Assembly: GCA_964188305.1 (NCBI GenBank)
Contig: OZ076889.1
Length of the DNA: 64,000 bases
DNA from: Podarcis bocagei
Taxonomy: Eukaryota
Reading direction: 5' to 3' (one strand)
How positions within the stretch are numbered: the stretch's first letter is position 1; the number at the start of each line of letters is the position of its first letter. Below, piece by piece: positions 52,101 through 64,000 of this stretch. The notes below the pieces were generated by a model, which was not told the DNA's origin, did not search any database, and saw only the letters and a list, made by a program, of their open reading frames with translations. Both the position numbers and the translations under genes were made by a program.

Positions 52101-54011
52101 TCTATGCAACAGCACAACAATGCCAAATTGAAAATAATTAAATCAAAACGGGCATCAGTGGGACTTGTTTTGAAGTTGTTGTCTTTAAATCATGTTAAAG
52201 ATCTTTTATTGCCCTCTCTTAAGACAACTGGGATAAAACAATATATTTTTGCAGGCAAAAGCAAGTTCCTCCATAAGGAAGCAATAAGAGAGCCTTTTTC
52301 TACCCTGAAGGCCAAACCATACACAAGCAGAGTTTGATTATAACGGCTGATAACGAATTTCTTGCAGGATCTCAGTGCCAAGAACCTGTGTAACAATATG
52401 TTGTCTTCCTGAAGCACAGGGCACAGATGAGTAGCTTTATATGATGTTATCCCCTAACCTTTTTTTAGAGTGAATGCCTTTTCTAGAAACAAACACCTGC
52501 TACCAGTAAAGAAGGACTTTGGTGAACAAATGACTTCTCTCTCCGCTTCAACTTACAGGGAAAATCACTGATTGGAAGTGCGAAACGGAGGTGGAAAGCT
52601 CTTTACTAAATGGTGCCAAGCTATAAAATTTACATTCTAAGGGAAGGGGAGCACATATATGCTCATCTTTTCTGTTAGATCCATCTCTTCCCCCTCTAGT
52701 TTTAAGGTGGGGGTTCAGAATTCTGACTCTCCCCAGTTCTCACACAGGCACACACTTTATCACAGCAGTCCTAACCATGGTTACTTGGAAGTAACTCCCA
52801 TTGAACTTAGCGAGATTTATTTCTGGGTGAATTGCACTGTATGTCACTTTAAAAAGCAAAACACAACAGTATCTTTTCTTCCTCCAACTTCGATCTCCCC
52901 CCACATGCAACAGAAACATTTCAGCCATCACCCCCTCCATTCCCCATTTCAGCCCCACAGCGAGACACACACAAACATTATCAGATTCAAAAGCATCCCC
53001 TCTGCCATGAGAAAAGAAAAGCTCTTAGGCTTCTTTGGGCAAAAACTTCACAACTGACTGCACATAGTTCCCGGCTTGGTTATTAGAAAAGAAAAAGAGA
53101 AAGCGCCTGAAGTGGTTATTTTATTTGCTCTTTGTTTTATAGATTTCCCCCCTTTCTTCTTAAAGAAACCCTCCTTTCCATAAAGAGAATCTGAATTAGA
53201 GATCCACCAGATTTTTTGCTATTATTGATTGTACTCTTAATAAATAAAAGAGCAATCAAAATGTTAATATAATAAGAAAATATGCAGTGTAAATTGAATG
53301 AACTATTCAATCCAAATTATTTTCTCAATTATTACATCCTTTAGTCCTACATGCAAACAAAAAAACTTTTCTTATTATAATCCTAAACTGTGACATTAGA
53401 GTATCAGATGAACTTGACAACTTCATGGTCTAGAAAGTTACCAGTCCGGGAAGAAAGAAATTCCATGCCTATTTACCCAGCTTTCCTTACAATATTACAC
53501 AATGGAGCTGTGAAAAGGCAGCCTACTGTATGTATCTTACTCTGCAAGAAGGTTTTTGCCTAACACCAGTGCTTAGTGCCTGTGGGACTGGAGTACTCCC
53601 CCCCCCCTTTTAATCTTTGCTTTAAAAGAATTCAAAAATGGATGGGAGAGAAGGTTTTTGATCATATATTTCCATGCCAAAATACTCAAATTAATCATAT
53701 AAGATAGCACTTTACTAGAGAAACATTTTTTTCCTTTTCATTATGTTTGTAGTTTTAAAATATAACTAATCACTTGCATCAATTGTAACTAAATAGATGT
53801 TCTCCCCACTCAAAATTTAGATGTTTACATTCTATGCACATACGCATAAGCATTAAGTTTTGAAGATTTGTTTAAACTTCCAAGAACTTTATATAAAATC
53901 AATTCAAAATACAGGAAACACAGGGGCTCAGCAATTTACTCCACTTCAATGTGCACCCATTTCTGAGGGGGAGAAAATAAAGGAACAAAGATTTGGAATC
54001 AGAACCAACTG

Positions 54012-54039
54012 ACACACACACACACACACACACACACAC
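54012..54039. repeat. (CA)n microsatellite
   Basis: Seen directly in the sequence. Confidence 0.95.
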
Positions 54040-57000
54040 CCCACCGGACCTGGTTTGCACACAAAAATTATGAATCTGGTTCTGACCATCTTTCTTAGTT
54101 TAAATCTGACTGGGGTTTTTTTAAAACTTGAGAGGGGAAGGGGGTTAAATATTTTAAATCATGTTATACAAGCATCACTCACCTGCAATATATGCTCTCA
54201 GTTTAAAGTACAATTAACAGAAATTAAGAAATGTTAAATATGTGTAAAAATGGTTTAGGATCCTGGATGCTACTGCAGGCAGCATACACAACTCACAGGG
54301 CCCAGTGCCTAAGGAAGTAACACACTGTGACAATTTGACAGAAAATGGCCTGTGAGCAACACAAGCCCCTTCTTGTGTAAATGTTTTAACATGTAGTAAT
54401 ATATCTGTAGAATACTATACTATTTCTGTTGTTGATTATACCCACCTTTTAACACAATGTAATAATTCTTTTTTATTGTACACCCCACAGCTTTTCTGAA
54501 AGCATTAAACTGAAGTTATAAGCCATTGCTAAAAACTGGAGTAATTTTTTGTCTCCAAAGAAACAGTATTTCGGACTGAGCACTTGATTGAAGTCAGCAA
54601 TGGACCCTGGAATGGGATCTGTAGTGAAATTCCTTAGGGCTAAATTAAGAAGAGACAAATCTCACTATGAGTTTGTCAAATGCATTCCTTGTAATACTGC
54701 GCTTCAAAAGATCTTTTAGAGTCTAAGTGTCTCTAATGAATTAGTATACCTATTCTCATCCATTTGAAGTTTATTTTGAACTTGAGGAGAGATGATTAAA
54801 TGATTTCATTTTTTAAATACCAAATTCAATGGGAGTTTTTGTTTCAGATCACATACCCAAAAAATGGTCTGCCAAAATAAAACCATTTTTAACACACACA
54901 CACCCATATTTGAACTCATCTGCGTTACGTAGCATTCAGAACTTTATCATTTATGAAAATTTATAAAACAACCAAGATCCGTAACTTTATTAATTATTCT
55001 GCTGTGTGTCAATGGTGATGAAAATGATGATAGAAATTGAGCATTATCTTCACAGACCCATGTCAACTACAAGTTTTAAAATAATTTTTACTTGAAACTT
55101 CTCAGCTGCCCAAGAAAGGCTGGTAATGAATTTTCTCCCTTTCTCTTAATGACCGACTAATGCTCACAAAACTATGATACACCTACTAGAAGACCCAGTC
55201 CCAACTCACAATCACAGCAAAATATCTATTGAGCTCCTTTTTTAAAAAAAAATATGTTGATGTTTTAGGTTGTTTTTTAAGATTTGTGCTTTTAAAAAGT
55301 TTTCTCAGGAGAAACCTATACAGATAAACCGAGAACATCACTTCTAAGCTCCTAAGTCTGAATATAAATTTTCCCCTTTCAAGTTTCAATCACCATGGCA
55401 TTTAAATTATATATATTTGCACCTTTCCCACTTTTATATACGTTATATAAAAATTTATATAGCCCCCCCCCCTTTTAGGGAGCACTGGGATGGCATCACA
55501 TTGTATTATAGTGAACAATGGATACGATCATTTCTTTGCTAATTTCAGTTCAAGTTTGCTGCTCTAAGGGATATTAGAAACATTTCTAATTCAGAGGTGG
55601 CATTTAAAGGTGGGAGTAGAAGACAAACCGACAAGAAGCTGAGGAGACAGACTGAAAGACTGATTGGGCCAAAAACATTACCTGACAGCAATAAATACGT
55701 TTTGTGCATTTAAGAAATATATAAAACGAGGAAGATCAAGCTCATTTAAGAATGTAGATGATGAAGTGAACTACTGTAACAACAGAGTATATTTATTGCT
55801 ACCTTCCCAGCAGGAAATAATAATTTAAAGAGCCATTAAAAGTTTTTTTTTAGTCTTGTTATTTAGAATAAAGCAAATTTAAATTTCAGCCACCATATAA
55901 AAACCGGTAAGAAATAAGGGGAATTCAGGATTTATGAAATATTTTTCTAGCATCTCTACCACCTCAAAGTTTTATTACCCTAAAGAATAGACCTAAGCCA
56001 GAGAGCCGATCTTTTCGCTAGACAAAAAACTTTCCTATCCGTTGCCAACTTGTTTGCCAGGAAAAAGTTATTTCAGAGTGGGGAAGACAAGAAATTCTGC
56101 TATCCCAATTCAGGATCTCACCCCCACTCTAAATGTGTACTCAAGAAGACCATAAATGTGAGTGCCTTTGAGCCTATCCATCCTGTCAATCACAATAAAT
56201 TGTAATTCAAAGACACACTTAGAGGACTGATTGATCTGCAGAAACCCCAAAGCGGTTTTGCAACATCTACTCCCCACCCCTCTTCACATTCACAAAACAG
56301 AGGAACAAAAAAAAAAATCCACTCACTGCATGCTCCTTCCTTCATTTTTCCCTATAAGCAAGAACCTCTTATCCCTGCCTCCCATCCTCACAGCTCCCCC
56401 CATGAACAAAGAGAAAAGCTTTCCAACACCCCAACTAGTCTCACATATCCGATTCCTTTGGTTTCCATGCCACCCTCTGTAAATCCCAGCTGAAAAGTTA
56501 TTTCCACCAGCACCTCTCTTTGTCTGGAGTGCTCCGTTTTCCGGGTACCCCGAACTTTCACGCGTCTCTTTTACTAAAAGGCACTGATAAATTAAACCGA
56601 GAGGAGGCTGCCTTCGCCAAGTAGTTTTTCTATATATATATTTTCCACATACACACCCTAACATCCTTGAGGTTGCAAACTCAGAGGGAGAAAGAGAGTA
56701 AGGAAGGATGCGGGAAAGGGGGGGTGAGGGAGAAGGGAGGGAATCAACAAAGCATAAATCTCAGCCTCCTCTACACACCTGCTTTTTCCAAAACACCTGG
56801 GGGGCAGGCGCAACAGACCGGCCAGTTTATCAACTTTAAGTCGTTCCTGATCGCAAATATTCAATGCAAGGTATATATATCTCTTTAAAGCAGAAGAGTG
56901 CGCGCGGCTGGGGGGGGGGTGTAGAGAGAAAGAGGAAGGAACTACTGTATGGATTAAAAACTAAACTAGCACTGAAAGTTTAAGAGGAGGGGGGAGGGGA

Positions 57001-57060
57001 GGGTTGTTGTTGTTGTTGCTGCTGCTGCGGCTGCTGCTACTGTTAAAAGATCCCACCAAC

Positions 57061-57360
57061 CTGTTTCGATCTACAGCGCCTGGAATCGGGTCTCAACTTT
57101 TAACACCCCCCACTTGGAGCATGTGGCTGCCTCTTTGCTGCTGCTGCCGCCGCCGCCGCCGCTGCTACCGCCGTTGCCGCCGCCGCCTCGTCCAGCTTCG
57201 TCCCTTGCGGAGCAGAAATGCCTCCAGCTCCCAGCAGCCCGAGGTTCCCCCAAAGTTAAACACCTCGGAGACAAAGAGAGAGAGACAGAGAAAGAGAGAG
57301 AGAGAGAGAAAGAAAGAAAGAGGGAGAAGCAAGCCGACAGAGAGAGAGAAGAGAAAGCAC
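57061..57360 (-). other. FOXP4: Probable non-coding first exon (5' UTR) of FOXP4; 5' boundary uncertain
   Basis: GC/CpG-rich tract with (GGC)n/(CAG)n ending in donor ATCGAAACAG|GTTGGT at 57061/57060. It lies upstream of, and in the same orientation as, the coding exon, and is the only CpG-island-like region in the window. Confidence 0.7.
57136..57187. repeat. Interrupted (GCT)/(GCC)n trinucleotide repeat in the putative FOXP4 5' UTR
   Basis: TGCTGCTGCTGCCGCCGCCGCCGCCGCTGCTACCGCCGTTGCCGCCGCCGCC. Confidence 0.92.
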
Positions 57361-60300
57361 TAACACAGTTCAGGCATGATCATACTTTTCTCTTGCCAAA
57401 GGCTTTGCCGCTTTCTTCTCTTATTGTATTCGGGGGGGGGTCCTGTTTCTTCTTCCTTCACCCCTTTCTCCTGTTCCGTTTTCCTCAATGGAAGTCTCAG
57501 AGGCGGGCGGGGGGGGAGGGGGGAGTCAATCTTATGTCTCGGGTCCCTCCTCTCTCTGTCCCATTCAGATGTGGAGATCAGCCTCTAATCACAGGGGTTG
57601 TGTCTGTACTGGAGATGTGACTTGAGAGCTGGGAAGGGAGGGGAGGGGGGAAAGAGAGAGAGAGAGTTACTTCCAGTTCTACCATAATCCATCTAAAGCA
57701 GGTGCAGCTCTTTTCCAAGCCCACAGGTCCTGAATGGAAAAGGAAGCCACGGGCGAGGAGCGCGGAGGAGAGGGGAAGGAAAGGTTTTTTTGAATCGAAG
57801 CAAGCAAAAGGAAGCGAGGCCCCTCTCTCAAGTCACTTTTTGGGGCCTTTAATACCTGAAATCGTGATTTCTCCGCACTTTTAATGTGTTAAGTTTCCCC
57901 TCCTTTCTTATATATTTAAGGGGGGGATAATAAGGGGTACATATTTTCTTAGTTTTCCGTGTTTTGGGTTGTTCAGTTTTCGCTAATAGCCCTTGTGTTA
58001 GACTACCGATTCTGGTTTTAAAGACCCTGCTGAAAGAGTGGCCTCGCTGCTATGTCATACCTTAATATATTTTACCAAACAGTTTAATGGGCACATATCG
58101 TGCGTCTGTGTGCCACAAACCTGCAGGGATCGTTGTAGGTATCACACAGGTGCATGCAGCAGGACTGGCCGCTGCTCCTCTCAAGGTGCACAGGAAATAT
58201 TAAATGTGTGTTTGATCCCAGATAACATGGGAAGCGGCCCATACAATTTTGTTGTGAATATGGGGGGATGATTAGGGTTGTTTTCACTCATGAGACTTAA
58301 GTCCGGTTTCTTTGCATTTCTCCTATTTGCAATGCCAATGAAATACTTATATTAGCCTGAATAACTTTGAAATGGCTTCCTACCACTTTCTGACGAGTAT
58401 TAAAAAAACATTTGCATGAGCACATGCAGAGTGAGGGGGAGACTCAATTTATTTTTAATTAACGTAAGTAAAAATGTCCTCACACTTGCAACCCTAAGCA
58501 TAGGATTAGGCTTCATAAACGTTATAAAGTACTTTTCACACCTGACCCTTAGTTTATTTACTTGGAAATGGCTTAAAAAAATTATACTGAGATTGGAAAG
58601 CTTGACCATTTTTGCTAATCATACTGAGATCCTTTTCATTTCCCTAAATGCTTTGCAGGTCTCTTCAAATTTGCCTTGAATTTTGCTCTCACTGAAACCA
58701 TACTTTCCAGTATGTATGTGTAGGACTGGCTTGTAAAAGAGCAGCAGAATTCACCCAGGTTTATTATTATTAATAATATGCAACACAATTATCAGCATAG
58801 TTATTCAAAAGAGGGTCCCCCTATGTTTAGTTGGGCTTACTTTCTAGTAAGCGTCTTTAGCCTTAGTACATCCCAGCTCTTATCTTCTGGATACATTTAA
58901 TAGATCAAAAATGCCCTTACCTGTATTTACCAATCCCTTAGTAACAATGATCCTGATCTATTCAGAGAACACTGAATATATATGCTTAAATAAGACATTT
59001 TTGGGGGAATATTTCTATGCCTTCTTTCTACTGAAGGATATTGATGTTGCCTTATTCCATACATTAAAAAATAAAACAAATAAAAATATAAAATACAGAT
59101 AAATAATAAAATAACCATCACCTACATTTGAGGTGAGGTGAAGAGATAGATCCAGCTGCCTCGGGACAAGGCCTGATTCAGATCAGGATTACAGTGCTGT
59201 GGGATGGTTTTCACCTGTGCCATTTTCCCAGCTGAAGTCAACCCTCTGTTATATTTTGCCCTGTGGAGAAATGGCAGTAATGGGGGGGGTGGATTTCGAC
59301 CAGGAAACTGGATTGGTGGAAAGTTTAAAACACCATCTCCTAGCAGTCATGGTCCTGATTTGAATTCCCAGCCTCTTGTGGCTGCTCTGATCCTTTTTAA
59401 AAGAAAAAAAAAAGGGGGGGGGAGATCTGATTCATCGATCTCTCACATCACATTCTAGTTTGCCTTAAGTCTAATTAAAATGACCCAACATAAATGGACA
59501 GAAATCAGCACTACTAAAAGCTATCCACAGTTAAATGCCTCTGAAAGATCAAATAAATTATATATATTTTACCTGGTGTTTATATTAAGGGTGCAATCCT
59601 ACAGCCAGCATTCAGCCAGCTGAGGGGCCACAGGAAAGGCCCTTGAATGGACAGCACAAAGGCCACTGGAGGTTCCCCTAGTATGTTGTTGTTGTTGTTA
59701 TTAAAATTTGTATACCACCCTTCATCTGAAGATCCCATGGGTGTAGATGTTGCACAGGTTGTGGGGGCCAAAATGGAGTATGTCAGGAAAGGCAAGGAAC
59801 CAGAAGTTCCTAAGCCCTCCTTCCCGACACTCCCCCTCCGGGGGGGGGGGTGGAATGTCCCAAACTACACCAGCCCTGGTTATTTTTGTCCCGTTGGAGT
59901 CAATGCGAGAGATTTTTTTTTTAAAAAAAGATGGACTTGGAGGGGGGGGGGAGAGATAATTGCTGCTCCCAACCCCATGCTGGCCACACCTATCTGACAA
60001 GACTTTGGATGTGGTGGTTGATCTGTCTAATAGATGCCATACATGTATGAGGGGGAATGCCATAGTGCTTCAGCTGTAGAACAGAGAAGACCCTGTCCCC
60101 TAACTTCCAAAGGCAGGGGAACCAGAGCAGCTCCTCAGCCTAACATCTGAGCAAAAGAGGGCGTCCATATGAATGCAGACAGTTCTTCAGTTTTTCTCGG
60201 TCTTAAGAAATAAGGCATTTTCCTTAAACTTACAGATCATCTGGTTACAGGGCACATGTGCTACCATTAAGTTTTCAAATTCACTACTTTATGAGGGATA

Positions 60301-61360
60301 GAAACAGAGTTTTAGACAGCCATTTTGCATACAAGAGAAGCATGGATGTTTCTGCTGCTACAACCAAGTGCTGCTCTTGTCCCACTGTGGCTGCAATCCT
60401 AAATTTATTTAAGTAGTAAGGCCTATTGAAATCAATGAAGCATATTACTGAGAAGTCATTATTAGAATTGGGCTGTAAAAGCTGCAATCCAATGAATGTT
60501 TATTTGGATGCAAATCCCACTGAACACAAAGCAAAATACCTTAAGTATTCCACCATCGAAATTGATCGGACTTGCTTCCATGTACACATGCATAGCATGG
60601 CCTCCACAGATTCAATATTCATGTTTCTCCTGAGTAAAGATTAATAGGTTGAATTGTAAAAACGTATCCAAATGCCACAATATTTAACTTACTTACTTCT
60701 TGCAAAACCTTATGAAGAGCAGCAGTAGTAGAAAGAAAAACTCAAAATGTTTTTATCAGACAGAAACCACAGCCTAATGCACATTTATGCACTCTTAGAA
60801 CCAACTGAAATCATGGAGCTTAGTTAGGCACATCTAACCCTATGCAGAATTGTGGCCCAAGGCTGCAATCCTGCTATCATGTTATGCATAGGTAAGTCCT
60901 ACTGCTTTGCCTTAAATGAAAGGAAAATCTAATTTAAACATTTCTGCAGGAAAGGCTCTCAATTCCCTATCGTGCTTTCATTTGTGAGACCAGGCCTTAT
61001 TTGCTGAGTGATTCTTATACCTCTAATAGCACTCATGCAAAAGCAATGCAATAAAGTTTTCTGTAACAGAGAAACTAAATATTTGTTGAAGATTGTATTT
61101 TAGCTGGAAACATATCAGGGTTTGTCAATGAATTTGTTTGAACCTATTATTTTCTTTGGATCTTGATTCATTGGGTGTTATAATATGGGATACCTCTACA
61201 GTCCAGGAAAAACTGTTAGTGTTTCTTTCTAGAGTAACATTACTGCCCAAAAAGTTTATATTATATTGTCAACGGTATTGTCTCTCAAAGCAGTCACACT
61301 ATGAACTGCGCTTTCAAAAGCCTGCAAACTGCAAATAAAATGAAAAGTTTGACCTGTGTA

Positions 61361-61577
61361 CAGTGGTACCTCTGGTTACGAACGCTTCGGGTTACGAACT
61401 CCGCTACCCCGGAAGTAGCTGCTCCTGGTTGCGAACTTTGCCCCAGGATGTGAATGAAAATTGTGCGCCGGAGGCGACTGCGCAGCAGGAGACCCCATTA
61501 GCAAAAGCGCACCTCAGGATAAGAATGGTTTCAGCTTAAGAACGGACCTCCGGAACGAACTAAGTTTGTAACCACTG
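61361..61577. mobile_element. Tc1/mariner (Tigger-like) MITE related to 45879-46120
   Basis: TA|CAGTGGTACCTCTGGTTACG ... GTAACCACTG|TA, with the right TIR internally deleted. Shares the body CAGCAGGAG.CCCCATTAGC.AAAG with the 45879 copy. Confidence 0.85.
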
Positions 61578-64000
61578 TACAGGCATAGATTTTCCTAGAA
61601 GCTAATCAACTTCAGCCTGATTGTTTTCTCTTCCTTCTCGCTTTCAAGAAAATTCTGTATTACTCTGTGTTGTACTGAAATTTCATACAAGGCTAATTTT
61701 GGCTGTTTTCAAAAAAGACTGATATCTAGAGCATGCAGTCTCTCATTTATTTTTTAGAAATTAAGAATATTATTTATATTTCCCCCACAATTCTCTAAGG
61801 AGTTTAGGGCAGTGTATATGGTCCTTCACCATCACTTTTTTTTTTAATCATGGCAGCCCTGTGTTAGGGTGAGTGCCTAGACACATGAAATGTTTTCGAA
61901 AATCAAATAAACAAAGCAAAATATTGATAAACTTTTAGAAAAAAATATCCTGACCAAACATATTCCTCATATTTTTCATTTCTTCTAATAACATATGAAG
62001 GTCTAGGTTGTAGCAGTTGCCAAGAATGCCTTTTGGCACTCTCATCCTGTGAAAACGCTGTGGCCCTTTCTAGCAGATCAAAACCTATCTGTAAATTCTT
62101 TATTGATAATCTGAATAAATACTTGAAATGTACTGGTCCGAGGTTGTAAATAGCTACTCACTGGATCACCTCTGGCTAACAAAAATGTCAAGCAGGCACT
62201 GTGGTGCATAGGTTTTACATAACATGATTCATTACTGCAAGCAGATTAGTGACAATGGGGGGGTTAATATTTTTTGTGGACCTTCTTGCAGTGCTGTAGT
62301 GGTCCGATCTGTGTGGAACTATCAGTGACTGTGGACGGACTACAACTTCACATCCCTAAACCTATATTTAATCTCGGCCTGCAACACAAGGCCTACTTTT
62401 GACATTGTTTGTTTCGTTTTTACTATACATGCCCACCTTTCTCTCCCACTCTTCTCTTTCTCAGAAAGTAAATAGCGGCGGTGTCTCTGTTCTTACCTGC
62501 CTTGCATTTGGCTATGCCTCAATTGTGGGCCGCCACAACATACCCGTGAAACATAAATATTTGGGTAGTGAGAGGGTCTCAATCAAAATGGAGGATGAGA
62601 AAAGGCTCTTTCTTTCATTACTACCTCACACACACAAAATACACCCCTCACCCGGTGCACCAGCAGCCCCTTGTCTACCATACAATATTGTGCACACTCA
62701 AGCCCACACTTGTGTCCTGATTGTGGAATCTGCGGCCTACCATCAAATTTTGGTTGATGACAGTAACTACAAAATTAGCAGTTTATGCCTACAGTCAGGC
62801 TCTTGAACGACAATAAGCCACAAGTCATGTGAATAAGACTTTACTGTAGACACCATTTGCCCTGAGCAACAAAGGGACTTGATTTGCTGTAGCTCTTTGC
62901 CTTAGACCTTGCCCCTCTCTCCTGCTGGAAGAGCACAATTGAAGAAATATGGCACTTACAGCATGCATTTTGTAATTTTACAAAACAAGGATGCATGTCA
63001 AGGTTTTTAAAAAGTCAGTTTTGCGAACAGAATTGCTGTTAGCTGGAGAGTTTTATCAAAATGTGCACTGTATACATTCAGATCTTTTTCACTTGGACGG
63101 AGAATTCTGTTTTGATTAAAGCATTTCGTCATTTCTCAACAACAGAAATGAAAGCTTGTTAAGAAATACAATACAATATAAATACAATTTCCATGCTACA
63201 TGTGCAGCGTGGGTTTTTTTTAAAAAAAATTACTGGCACAAAAATTATCAAAATAATGCTTGTCAATGTTCAGTTTTGCTCTGATGTTTTACAAATGGAA
63301 AGTTTTAATGAAATCATATATTTTTTCAACAATATGTAGCATTGGGTAATGGCCCAGTTTTGAAAACAATACTGCTAAAGCCACATTGGGCACATTCCAG
63401 CAAAAATTGGTTGTGTGACTAAAGCCATATTCGGGCATTCTTCTCCTCACGCACTGAGGTGGCGGGGGGGGGGGGAGAGTGATTGTGTGCCAGCTAGCTC
63501 CTCCCCCTTGGTTGCCTCATCATCATCAGCCCTTTGCCCACCACACACTGGAGGGCAAATGTCTGCAGCAGGGAGCCGGATGTATTTGTGTAGGCTCTCC
63601 CTCATGCAATTATAATCAAATGAAAATAAGAATGCCTGCATAGTGCTGAAGGCTCAATGAAATCTGTGGAACTTGTCAAAGAGGCCCATTCCATCCAACA
63701 CAAGTGTTGCTAGGATTACTTTAGAACTGAATGGGAGATACTTCTCAGTAAAATCCGCTTGCTCCCAGATCCTACCCAAGCTTCTCATCTTTGTCTTCAA
63801 AGCTGACCATGGCCCTGTTCGCCACCCCCTTACACCCTGTCTTATATCCCAGCACATCCCTTGTCTGAAGGTCTCCTGCTCTCTCCAACAACCCTACCAT
63901 ATCTCCATTGCCTCATGTATGGGTCTCATAGAATTGGAGAATTGTCAGCTATCAACAGGAACCAAATATCATTATATATACCATAATATACTATGCTACC

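Larger units (their letters stand above)
56480..57900 (-). promoter_or_regulatory. CpG-enriched promoter region of FOXP4
   Basis: Local CpG enrichment (CGCGCG near 56900, GCC runs 57145-57187), a GC box GGCGGGCGGG near 57502, G-rich tracts and a GA microsatellite, set against a CpG-depleted background. Confidence 0.7.

Noticed and set aside
57004-57620. 119-aa and 168-aa plus-strand ORFs with poly-L/R/P and ER repeats
   Set aside because: These are translations of GCC/GCT and GA microsatellites in the promoter and UTR, with no protein-family signal.
60389-60910. CRISPR-like array
   Set aside because: This is eukaryotic DNA; the units are highly degenerate with irregular spacing and there are no cas genes.
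57900-64000. Divergent lncRNA analogous to human FOXP4-AS1
   Set aside because: The position would fit, but nothing in the sequence alone supports exons; RNA data are needed.

Overview
Vertebrate genomic DNA, almost certainly a squamate lizard (Sauria SINEs and the other repeat families point to a lacertid). The window holds the 5' end of FOXP4 on the minus strand. A CpG/GC-rich promoter and non-coding first exon lie near 57.0-57.9 kb, followed by an intron of about 40 kb and the first coding exon (16510-16708; [12 protein letters not shown]...LLHFQQQQ). I did not find the next coding exon, so intron 2 probably runs past position 1. The rest is intronic or upstream sequence containing L1, L2 and CR1 fragments, Sauria and other tRNA-derived SINEs, Tc1/mariner and hAT-like MITEs, short Penelope-like (PLE) insertions, microsatellites, three assembly gaps and several candidate conserved enhancers. 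The most notable signals are three TSD-flanked PLE micro-insertions built around a minimal hammerhead ribozyme. One has an intact core and is sense to the FOXP4 pre-mRNA; another has folded back at ribozyme stem II into a 139-bp near-perfect hairpin. Almost all other ORFs in the supplied track are spurious. I cannot support a new multi-gene system from the sequence.
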